Positions 31,552 through 39,830 of a DNA stretch of 64,000 nt are shown here, piece after piece; the first letter of the stretch is position 1; every line of letters begins with the position of its first letter. Made by a program: the position numbers and the translations under genes. The notes beneath the pieces are model-generated. The model ran no database searches, was not told the DNA's origin, and worked only from the letters and a program-made list of their open reading frames with translations. Where the stretch lies: assembly GCA_963737905.1 (NCBI GenBank), contig CAVTUQ010000021.1:1-64000 (forward strand). The letters are read 5' to 3'. The DNA is from an uncultured delta proteobacterium. Lineage in GTDB: Bacteria; Desulfobacterota; Binatia; UBA9968.

Positions 31552-31938
31552 TCACTTCTTGCACGGCCACTTAGCGCTCATAAACCTGAATTCGCTGTCC
31601 ACCGGCGCCTCCTTCATATATTGCGTATTGGCCTTAGCCCACTCCACGAACATGGCGGCCACCTCATTGCGCGAAGGTGTGGGATTAGGCATACAAACCA
31701 ACCGCATATCATTCTTGCCTGAGTTTGTCGCGAGATAGTACTGATAGGCACCGAGCATAAAGCCCTCGCACATTTGAATCGCTTCCTTTGCCCGCGGATC
31801 GCTCGCCGAAACAGAGCAGAGATTGACGAGATTCTGGGTGGTGCTTAGCACGAAATCTTCATCTGTCACCGCTGCTCCGGCCAGACCGGGAACGAGGAAG
31901 CTGGCGAGAACCAGCGACCGAACCAAATTCTTAAACAT
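31552..31938 (-). CDS. Rap1a/Tai-family exported protein
   Basis: Signal peptide; four Cys in the pattern L..LC / MCEGF / VCMP / WPC. Confidence 0.7.
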   Translation of the reverse strand: MFKNLVRSLVLASFLVPGLAGAAVTDEDFVLSTTQNLVNLCSVSASDPRAKEAIQMCEGFMLGAYQYYLATNSGKNDMRLVCMPNPTPSRNEVAAMFVEWAKANTQYMKEAPVDSEFRFMSAKWPCKK

Positions 31939-32050
31939 GACACTCCTCCTTGGTGAGTCGAATCTTCTTCCTTAACCGCAAGTTAAAAACCTTCGCAAAG
32001 TCGTTTTTCATCTTTAATTGATACCCATAATACACAGTGAACAGAGTTCG

Positions 32051-32091
32051 CTATCCGGAATTTCCTGATTTTTGCTATCGGAATCCCTTAG
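32051..32091. promoter_or_regulatory. Conserved 41-bp motif upstream of the Rap1a-GlyZip-HdeD operon
   Basis: CTATCCGG-AATTT-CCTGATT-N14-CCCTTAG; TGTGTATTAT extended -10-like element 18 nt downstream on the minus strand. Confidence 0.6.
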
Positions 32092-32209
32092 GTCGTGGAC
32101 CCTCATAAGGACAGCGTTAACTTCGTTCTTCGACGACCGGTTTGGGCACGCTGGATGGCTGGGTTTGCCATGGCGGATGCTCTCTTCAAGGCATCGGTCT
32201 CGCTCGGTG

Positions 32210-33304
32210 TTAATTTGGATGTGTGAACGCCGCGGAAGGGGAGATCAGCGGCGGTGCTGTCGGCAGAGACTTGCGAATGCGCTCGGAGAAATCCTCCGCG
32301 TTGCCGGCTGCTCGCGCGACGTCGTTGATGCGAGAACGCTCGCGCAGTTCTGCAAACGGCAAGCTCGTATCCAAGAGGCCCGCTCTATAGAGATAGCGAT
32401 CGCTCCATCCGTTCAAGATGTGGCGAATGTCCAGGCGGCCGACCCGGCCGGCGAGATTTGCATAGCGGACGATATTGATCGTGCAGCTGTTGCTGAACAG
32501 ATGGTAAAACTCGGGTCGATCCGCCAGCTCATTGATCCGCTCCAGGTAGACCAAGAAGAGCCGCCGCGCAACTTCGGGCGAAGTCCGGAGGCGGTAAAGA
32601 AAGACGTCTTCGTTCCGGTAATCGGTGCGGACCCGCACCAGGTCGCGCTCGTCGCCAACCACATAGATCAGCTCGAATTGCTTGAAGAGCGAGGGGAGGG
32701 GGTCGAAACCTTCCCCGATTTCCGGCCTGGTTTCGATGGATATGCTGATCGGAGGAGCGTTATCGAAGCCAAAACTGACGAAGGTGTGAGCCACAGGCGA
32801 GTCCGGCCAAAAATAGGACACGTAGAAATCCAGCGAGTTCAGATGCGAGAGGTAAACCTCACGTTCTTCGTAGCGGACGGTGAAATCATCGCGGCTGCGG
32901 TATTCGAAATTACGGACGCCGGTGATGCGCACGCGGTCGCCGTCGATGAACGCTCGCGGCATGACTGCCACTTCGGGCCGCCAGGGGCGGTCATGAGAGG
33001 GCTTGATGCTACTGAACCATACCACCACGCCTAGAAAGAGCGCGGCAAAGACCACAATCTTCCGCGGCGTACGCGAGACCCAGAGAGCCCAGACACCGAA
33101 GGTCAAAAAAAACAGCGCCAGCACCAGGCGCGCCCAGCCCCACGGCAGATTGGAATAATAGATCGCCAGGGTCGCCCACGCGATCAGCAAGATTAGACAA
33201 AGAGTTCGAATGCCGATGAGCAGCCAGCGGAGTAATTTGAACATGCCACCTGCCGGCGCCTTGATGGAGCGGGACTTGCTTTTCAATACTTTAGGTTGAT
33301 TCAT
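32210..33304 (-). CDS. DUF4105 (Lnb N-terminal-like) membrane protein
   Basis: 3 TM; PSHDRPW, VRNFEY, AHTFVSFGF, FKQFELIY, YHLFSNSCT motifs. Confidence 0.85.
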   Translation of the reverse strand: MNQPKVLKSKSRSIKAPAGGMFKLLRWLLIGIRTLCLILLIAWATLAIYYSNLPWGWARLVLALFFLTFGVWALWVSRTPRKIVVFAALFLGVVVWFSSIKPSHDRPWRPEVAVMPRAFIDGDRVRITGVRNFEYRSRDDFTVRYEEREVYLSHLNSLDFYVSYFWPDSPVAHTFVSFGFDNAPPISISIETRPEIGEGFDPLPSLFKQFELIYVVGDERDLVRVRTDYRNEDVFLYRLRTSPEVARRLFLVYLERINELADRPEFYHLFSNSCTINIVRYANLAGRVGRLDIRHILNGWSDRYLYRAGLLDTSLPFAELRERSRINDVARAAGNAEDFSERIRKSLPTAPPLISPSAAFTHPN

Positions 33305-33315
33305 CCCGACGGACA

Positions 33316-33350
33316 AGCGTCGAGGGGAAAAATGTTCGTCCCTCGACGCT
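33316..33350. repeat. Hairpin AGCGTCGAGGG...CCCTCGACGCT
   Basis: 11-bp perfect stem; related to 27959-28024. Confidence 0.55.
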
Positions 33351-33371
33351 TTTTCGTCCGTGACTGCTCGC

Positions 33372-33818
33372 CTATTGCTTCAGCGTAATGCGCAGTCCGC
33401 TGGTACCCAGTTGCAGCCTGGCGCCTCGTGATGTCGAATGTATGCGCATGACCACGCCATCCTGATTGCGCAGTATCATACCGCTCATCCCGCCAGCCAG
33501 GGTCAATCCGGCTTCAGCGGCCAGATAGGTTCCCGCGAACTTCGAGACGTCGGTTAAATTGTATACCTCGCCACTGGCATTTGCCCTGCCGATGCCAAAA
33601 TCTACGAGCGTCAGGCCGTCGATTGAGAAAGGATAGTCCTTTCCCTTAAAGCTGAGCTTCCCATCGCCCCAGGTAACGCCGACGCCGACAGCTATCGACC
33701 TGCTCTGGATCGATACCTTTCCCGAAGGCGTCGCACTCTCCCCTGACATGGCGGTGGTTGCAAACACTGCCACAAAGAAAAACAAAGCGAACCTCGAAAC
33801 TGTTCGAACCTTAGACAT
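33372..33818 (-). CDS. Exported DUF1134/EipA-like beta protein
   Basis: Signal peptide; GVGVTWGDGKL, GEVYNL..FAGTY, NQDGVVM. Confidence 0.6.
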   Translation of the reverse strand: MSKVRTVSRFALFFFVAVFATTAMSGESATPSGKVSIQSRSIAVGVGVTWGDGKLSFKGKDYPFSIDGLTLVDFGIGRANASGEVYNLTDVSKFAGTYLAAEAGLTLAGGMSGMILRNQDGVVMRIHSTSRGARLQLGTSGLRITLKQ

Positions 33819-33960
33819 ATGACTTCCTCCTTAACGCAACAAACTTTGATCAGACAATATACCGAACGTATCGCGATTGTCCATTGGACTTTGATCCAAT
33901 ACCAAAAGTTAGTCGGGACTCTGCCTTGGGTACGGGTATTATTAGAAGAGATAGGAACGT

Positions 33961-34001
33961 CTATAAGGGTTTGCCTGATTGTCTGCTTCGAATTTTCTTA
34001 G
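33961..34001. promoter_or_regulatory. Conserved 41-bp motif upstream of the 33818-DUF4105 operon
   Basis: CTATAAGG-GTTTG-CCTGATT-N14-TTCTTAG. Confidence 0.55.
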
Positions 34002-34065
34002 ATCTAGTCCTGGTACGGAGCGATCTTAGGCGAGAACCGGTGCGAAGCATCTCACTCTTGCTGCG

Positions 34066-37000
34066 TCATTGGGTTTCCAGTGTCCGCATCCTTGGGGTAA
34101 AGAGCCGTATCGCCTCAAGGGGTATGCCGAGGATCCTCCGCGGAATGTCCAAAAGCTCGGCCCCGACTGCCGACGGCGATAGATAAGTAACGTCGGGGCG
34201 TTCAAGTGACCCGCTCACCCGCACCGGAATTCCAACTATCGAGCCACCGAGGAAAGACCCGACGAGGGGTATGCGTCTGGTGATAGTATCCCCCGGCAGT
34301 CGCGCGGTCACGAGTCCTGTTGCCTCAATCTGTCGACGGTCCAAGTCAACTCTACCGCGACCGGTAATGATGAAAAGCGAAGATTGGATGATCAACTTGT
34401 CGCTTACAAGTGTCTCACCTTTCACGGTTCCCCTGGCGTTGATCGACTGGAACGGAAACGATTCTTTGTCCAGATCGGGAAAAGTCACGTTGAAGTCTCC
34501 CTTTTCATTCAAGTAGTCGAAGGTGGCGTCCACCGTCGGGGATTTCACAACTTCACCGTTTTCGGCGCTGAATTCGAAATCACCCCGCAAGGTCTGTGCG
34601 ACATTCTTTGGAATTCCCCGGCCAACGAGATGAGCCGTCAAAGAATAGGCGCCTTTTAGAACTTCTTTGTTCTGCGTCAGACATAAACTGGAAGACTCCA
34701 GTTGACCGTCTTTTACAGAGAGCGATACATCGAGCCCGATTTCTCCATTTATAAAATCCACCTTCCCAGTCGTGCCGATACCGCATACCTCTCCTCGTTC
34801 CACTGTTCCCTTGATTTCATCGGGGGAGAGCGAAGCCGTAGCTTGGAATGGGCTCCAGCTAAATCCGGCGAAACTGAAACTATCCGCCGTTAACCGGACG
34901 GTGCCCTCCAGGGGCGGAAGCGCTATCCCTAAGATCCCTTCACCACTTTTGCGATTGTTTCTACTCTCGACGATCTCACTTATCTCTTCCCACACCAGCT
35001 GATCGGCGGAAACGTCCATATCGAAATGCAGCGCCTTTGCTTCTGCGAGCAGCTTCCCCATAAACGACAGGCGGCTCTTTCGCCAGCTGAGGTTCGCGGA
35101 CCGGACATTGATGCCGTCTGAGCCGGCTTCCAGGAAAAAAAACTCGACGACAGCGCTGTCATCTTCCAACGGCACCCGGAGACCTCTCCCGGACAAGCGT
35201 CCCCGGGCATTGAAGCGCAGCGGCGCTTCCGAAAAAGCGCTGACTTCGATGTCGCCTTGAATCAAACTCCCCTCAAGCGGCGGTTCTTGGAAAATTCGGT
35301 TTAGCGTTTCTTGTTCGACGGTGCCGTTGAAAGAAAAAGCGAACTTATCTTTCTCGAGATCGAGAGTCATGCGCGCGTGTTGCGCGCCGTCCGCAATGAC
35401 GAGCTCTTTGACCTCCAGGGTTTGGGGCCCCCGCACCAAATCGAGAGAAAGACGTGGACCGCCGGCGACCGTGGCGTTCCCTTGAAAAGCGATATCGCCC
35501 CCCTGTTTCCAAAGGACGCGGCTCTTGGTCACCTGCAGAGGAGAACGGAGCATCAGCATCTTAGGCAATTCAAATTGGCGGCTAAGCCATCCTGTCATAT
35601 CGGCGCCAATCGTGCCTGCGGCGGTGGCGTCTACGCTAAGCGGCTCTTTGGCAGGACTTTCCACAGATCCATCGACAGTCAATGCTGCGTCCAGTAGATT
35701 AACCTTGGCATTGGAGACCGTGAACTTTGCCGGCGTCGCATTAAAATTTCCGCCGGACAGGTTCATCACTGCCGGGAGCTTGGCATGTTTCACGGCGATC
35801 TTGCCGAGAGTCCCCGAACTGGCAAAATCCCACCGGCTCGGCTCGTCCAGCGGGCCCTTGAGGGACAGCGAAGTCACATCAAGCTTGCCCCGGGCAAAAT
35901 CAATATCGCGAAGCTCCTTCTGCAGCATTTCAAAGGTTTCCAATAAATTTTTGCTCTGGCCCACGTCGAGAGACAACTTTGCCGAGCTGATCTCAATTTG
36001 GCGGGCCCCTTGGTAGGTCAGAAAACCGCTGACATCAGAGAAAGAGGAAAGGCCGACAGCTCCACTGACCCCCTCTAAGCCAATCTTGCCGTTGCCGTAT
36101 TGGAAACGCCCTGCTTTGATTGAGATGGGATAAGGGATCGAATCATAAGAGCCCTTAAGAGCCGCCTTCAGGATAGAAACCCTGGCTGAAAGGGAATCAA
36201 TTTTCTCACCGATGACGAGTTGTCCCGAGAGATCTCCCTCTATGTTACGGACCCTCGACAGCTCCTTGCGCAATCCGTCGTCTTTGAAGACGCGAAAAAG
36301 CAACGAGTGCAGCTCCGCCGCGTCAGCGTCAACCATGATATCGAGATGAAAAGGCGCGTTTTTCCCGTCGAGTCCCAGCCGAAGCGTGCCGTCCCTTCCC
36401 TGAATCTTCCCGTATCGCGCCGAGAACTGCTTGGCCTCGAAGATGCCGTGGGAGACAGCGAATTGCCCATTCACGTCGTCCAGGTCGACATCGAGAACAG
36501 AACCGTAAACGTTTCCGCCGCGGAGGGCACCAGTGACGGCGATGTTCTCCCCCAATTCGGCGAACGACCGCCCGGCGGCTTCGAAGCTTATTTCCGGCAC
36601 TTGTCCGCCTCTAACGTGATGGAACACGTCTTCGACGATTCCAATGTCTCCGGCAATTTTCAGCGCCGTTTCACGGATTCCAGAAACGTCGAGATCCCGT
36701 CCCGCCATCTTTAGCTGCACCGTTGAGGAGGCCGGATCCACAGTCAGTTCTCCTGTCGCAGTCAAGCGCGGTGAGACGAGATTAAATTGTTCGATGACGG
36801 CCTTGACTATTCCCTCATCGCGGCTGATCACGCCCTTAAACGTGACGCCCTCGATAACCGTCTTTCGGTCTCGCCGCACCAGTCCGAGTGACGGCGAAGT
36901 GCCCTCGACTTCCGCCTTGATCCTCTTGAGCCCTACGGAAGTTATCACCACATCCAAACTGATCTCCCCATGCTCGACATATTCGTCCGGACGAGGGAAA

Positions 37001-37686
37001 AGCGCAGCTATGGACTCGCGCAGGCGGAGGCGGTTGATTTTTATACTTCCCTTTGTGGCGAGAGTATCTCCGGCAATGCTCTCCTCGACGCGCAACGAAT
37101 CGAAGACATTGGCGCGGGAACTGATCTGCAATTGCATCTCACCGGGAGGCGCCACCAGACGCCCCTCCAATTCATTGATCACGATCGGCGGCCTATCGCC
37201 GATTCTGACCTCTACCGAACCGCCCCTGACGCCGACGATTATACCGGGGATCTCGGTCGCAAATGAGGCGACCAGGGCACGGATCTTGTCTTCGATCTCA
37301 TCGATGTTGAACGGTTCTGCGTCCCACTCGGATAGGTGCACGGCAATTGCGGGGCTCACCACCTCCACCCGAGAGATGTCCAAGCGCCCCCTGAATAGAC
37401 CCACGATCGACGGGTAGACTTCAATCGACTGAATTCTCCCGGTGATTTTATCGGCAAAGGAGAGCGTTGCGCCGTGTACGACCACCGCCGGCTTGGGCAG
37501 CCACGTGAGATCGATATTTCCGAAGGCTACGTTCCCGTTTGTCTTGGTTAACAAGAACGCCCGGATCGTTTCTCTCACTGCCTGGCTATCGAGAATACGG
37601 GGAAGAAGTAAAACGACCGCAAAGAGCAGGATGACACAAAGCCCGCCAAGGGCGGCAAGCCATTTGATGATGCGCCGCTTCGTCAT
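34066..37686 (-). CDS. AsmA-like protein (N-terminal anchor, beta-groove, AsmA_2 C-terminus)
   Basis: 1206 aa; N-terminal TM; C-terminal GRGRVDL..IPLVG..VSGSLERPDV. Confidence 0.8.
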   Translation of the reverse strand: MTKRRIIKWLAALGGLCVILLFAVVLLLPRILDSQAVRETIRAFLLTKTNGNVAFGNIDLTWLPKPAVVVHGATLSFADKITGRIQSIEVYPSIVGLFRGRLDISRVEVVSPAIAVHLSEWDAEPFNIDEIEDKIRALVASFATEIPGIIVGVRGGSVEVRIGDRPPIVINELEGRLVAPPGEMQLQISSRANVFDSLRVEESIAGDTLATKGSIKINRLRLRESIAALFPRPDEYVEHGEISLDVVITSVGLKRIKAEVEGTSPSLGLVRRDRKTVIEGVTFKGVISRDEGIVKAVIEQFNLVSPRLTATGELTVDPASSTVQLKMAGRDLDVSGIRETALKIAGDIGIVEDVFHHVRGGQVPEISFEAAGRSFAELGENIAVTGALRGGNVYGSVLDVDLDDVNGQFAVSHGIFEAKQFSARYGKIQGRDGTLRLGLDGKNAPFHLDIMVDADAAELHSLLFRVFKDDGLRKELSRVRNIEGDLSGQLVIGEKIDSLSARVSILKAALKGSYDSIPYPISIKAGRFQYGNGKIGLEGVSGAVGLSSFSDVSGFLTYQGARQIEISSAKLSLDVGQSKNLLETFEMLQKELRDIDFARGKLDVTSLSLKGPLDEPSRWDFASSGTLGKIAVKHAKLPAVMNLSGGNFNATPAKFTVSNAKVNLLDAALTVDGSVESPAKEPLSVDATAAGTIGADMTGWLSRQFELPKMLMLRSPLQVTKSRVLWKQGGDIAFQGNATVAGGPRLSLDLVRGPQTLEVKELVIADGAQHARMTLDLEKDKFAFSFNGTVEQETLNRIFQEPPLEGSLIQGDIEVSAFSEAPLRFNARGRLSGRGLRVPLEDDSAVVEFFFLEAGSDGINVRSANLSWRKSRLSFMGKLLAEAKALHFDMDVSADQLVWEEISEIVESRNNRKSGEGILGIALPPLEGTVRLTADSFSFAGFSWSPFQATASLSPDEIKGTVERGEVCGIGTTGKVDFINGEIGLDVSLSVKDGQLESSSLCLTQNKEVLKGAYSLTAHLVGRGIPKNVAQTLRGDFEFSAENGEVVKSPTVDATFDYLNEKGDFNVTFPDLDKESFPFQSINARGTVKGETLVSDKLIIQSSLFIITGRGRVDLDRRQIEATGLVTARLPGDTITRRIPLVGSFLGGSIVGIPVRVSGSLERPDVTYLSPSAVGAELLDIPRRILGIPLEAIRLFTPRMRTLETQ

Positions 37687-37848
37687 TTATTCGTCCCAAT
37701 CCCGCCAGAGCGCTTTTCATGACAAGGCCACTAAGGGCCAACAGAATAGCGTTGCTATAGATTTCCCGGTAGAGTCAGAGATCTCTATCGCTAATCTCGG
37801 CCTTTGGTGAAAGACTCTTTTATCTGCGCATTCGCCGCAGCTCTTGGC

Positions 37849-38538
37849 TCAATTGCGGCCTGCCTCGGCTGCTGAATCCCGCCGACGGAGTAATATATAC
37901 CGATGCCCCGAGAAAAATCTTGACATCCAAATCGATCGCACCACGTCGAAGCCGGCCGACTGGCTAACCTCCTTCACCTCCCGGGAGTCAAGAGTCCACT
38001 TCGATCGTTTGCCGTTGAATCGCCTGCGAAACTCGTGAGTGCGGTTCTTTATCGACTCCGTATCGAAATACGTAAAGACCAGCCATTCACGGCTGACCCG
38101 CATGATCTCCCGCAAATATTGCAGCCGTTCCTGATGTTCGCGGATGTGATGACACAGCCGAACCGATAAGACCATTCCAAATGCTCGATCCCTAAAGGGG
38201 AGGCTAAGGGCCGTAGCACGCACATAGCCGGCGCGTTGCGGTGACTTCCGCTCCTCAGTATGGAATAGGCGGGCTGCGCCCAGTAAGTGAAAACTCCAAT
38301 CGCCTTCTACAACCGACGCTCCCAAATCGCGCAGAATGTAATAGAGACGCCCGTAGCCACACGGCAAGTCCAGGGCCCAACCGTCAAGCCTTTCAATGGA
38401 TGCGGCCCGTAGCAGGCGCTGCAGCAGTCGTTGTTCATTCCAGTTGTTAACGCGTTCCGTCCAGTGCCGCTGGAACTTTGCTGTATAATCCGTCGCGCCT
38501 TCCGGGCTGTTGTATCGTAAGAGAATATCTTTATCCAT
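37849..38538 (-). CDS. Class I SAM-dependent methyltransferase
   Basis: LDLPCGYGR motif I; LPF.D..F; RLCHH; LREIMRVS. Confidence 0.88.
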   Translation of the reverse strand: MDKDILLRYNSPEGATDYTAKFQRHWTERVNNWNEQRLLQRLLRAASIERLDGWALDLPCGYGRLYYILRDLGASVVEGDWSFHLLGAARLFHTEERKSPQRAGYVRATALSLPFRDRAFGMVLSVRLCHHIREHQERLQYLREIMRVSREWLVFTYFDTESIKNRTHEFRRRFNGKRSKWTLDSREVKEVSQSAGFDVVRSIWMSRFFSGHRYILLRRRDSAAEAGRN

Positions 38539-38641
38539 GACGCGACTGTTCCAGGGAGCGCCGTCTTAAGGCATTTGTCGAAAAAGTTCTTCAGGCAAGG
38601 AAAATATCGAAAATTTGAATTGCCAGGACATGGGCCAGCAC

Positions 38642-39553
38642 TCAAAGCCGCCAGACAGCTATCTTTCTTCTCAGGTTCCGTTTGAGAGCGTGAACCAAGG
38701 CTGAGATGGGAGTGAGATTCTGTTTCGACCGCATGGCTCGTTGCGCGTACTGGCGCAGAGTTACGCTAGAGGCACCCAAGGGGTCCGGTAGATATCCTTC
38801 ATAGAAGGCAGTTGTTTCGCTCTCCGTCAAGGCAGGACAAAAATTGCCGAGAAACAATCCCAAGTCTCGCCCCTGCGCCCAGCGTGCAATCGGCTGCCAG
38901 CGCAGCGTTCTAGCGTACGGAGTGTCGACAAAAATAATCTCCGGCGACGGTGTCGACTCACCCCGAATCAGAATATTCTTCGTCTTGGCAGTAAACAAGA
39001 AAAATCGTGCTTCATGAACTCGGCGAAACATTATCCCAAGTTGCTTCAGGAGAACCCGAGTCTGCCCAGTGTGGGGGGATTGCGGCTGACTGCTTTCAGA
39101 TCTCCATCGGGAAAGATTAACGGCCCCTTCTACAAAGCCGGTGATGACAAAACAGGATCGTACGAAACCCAGCCGAGTCCGCTCCACCCCAAAAGCCACC
39201 GGCTCGGCAGCCGGCACACCCTGCCGGTTGAGGTAACGCAAGCTGTTGAACTCTTGCTCGGCCTTGGAGATGCGAAGCCCGGTCCTGATTCTTGGTAGAA
39301 GAGGATAATGGTAAATTTTGAGGACGAACGAACGTATGGATTCTTTCTGCGGCCTGTTTGCCACCCTCCGCAGTATAACAACACGGGTTCTTGGCTCCGA
39401 TTTGACCGGTTCACCGTCTGCGTTCAAGAATGCATCGTAGCTGGAGTATTCGATCGCGGGAAAATAGTCCGCATAGGACTGGCAGACCAAAAAGCGGCGC
39501 CTTCGATCGGTTGTCGGGTGCAGCGATTCCGTTGCCATCGATTGAATCGTCAT
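38642..39553 (-). CDS. Kdo/WaaP/InaA-family LPS kinase-like protein with degenerate catalytic loop
   Basis: FVLKIY, KAEQEF, GVPAAEPVAFG, KNIL, FVD, RDL motifs; HxD replaced by LFT. Confidence 0.75.
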   Translation of the reverse strand: MTIQSMATESLHPTTDRRRRFLVCQSYADYFPAIEYSSYDAFLNADGEPVKSEPRTRVVILRRVANRPQKESIRSFVLKIYHYPLLPRIRTGLRISKAEQEFNSLRYLNRQGVPAAEPVAFGVERTRLGFVRSCFVITGFVEGAVNLSRWRSESSQPQSPHTGQTRVLLKQLGIMFRRVHEARFFLFTAKTKNILIRGESTPSPEIIFVDTPYARTLRWQPIARWAQGRDLGLFLGNFCPALTESETTAFYEGYLPDPLGASSVTLRQYAQRAMRSKQNLTPISALVHALKRNLRRKIAVWRL

Positions 39554-39669
39554 GATTGCCTGGCCGCCTGCATTTGTCACCGCGGTGACCCCGCCGTTCC
39601 TTCTCCGCGCAGGGGCAATCAAAACCTTTTGCCACAATCACGATTAAATAACCATAGACCCGGCGATTG

Positions 39670-39730
39670 CTATCGGGAACTTTCCATTATACGGTTCCAA
39701 ATTCCTGATTTGAGGTCCTAAAGTCCTTAC
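39670..39730. promoter_or_regulatory. Degenerate copies of the shared motif between the kinase-like operon and the divergent two-component system
   Basis: CTATCGGGAACTTTCC, then 21 bp later AAATTCCTGATT-N14-CCTTAC. Confidence 0.4.
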
Positions 39731-39830
39731 CCCTATTGGGTGGAATTAGGTGAAAGACTTAACTAAGATCAACCACCAAAGACCCTAGTGTGTCAGTGCA
39801 ACAGCGAGGCGATTCTGATCTCTGACTGTC

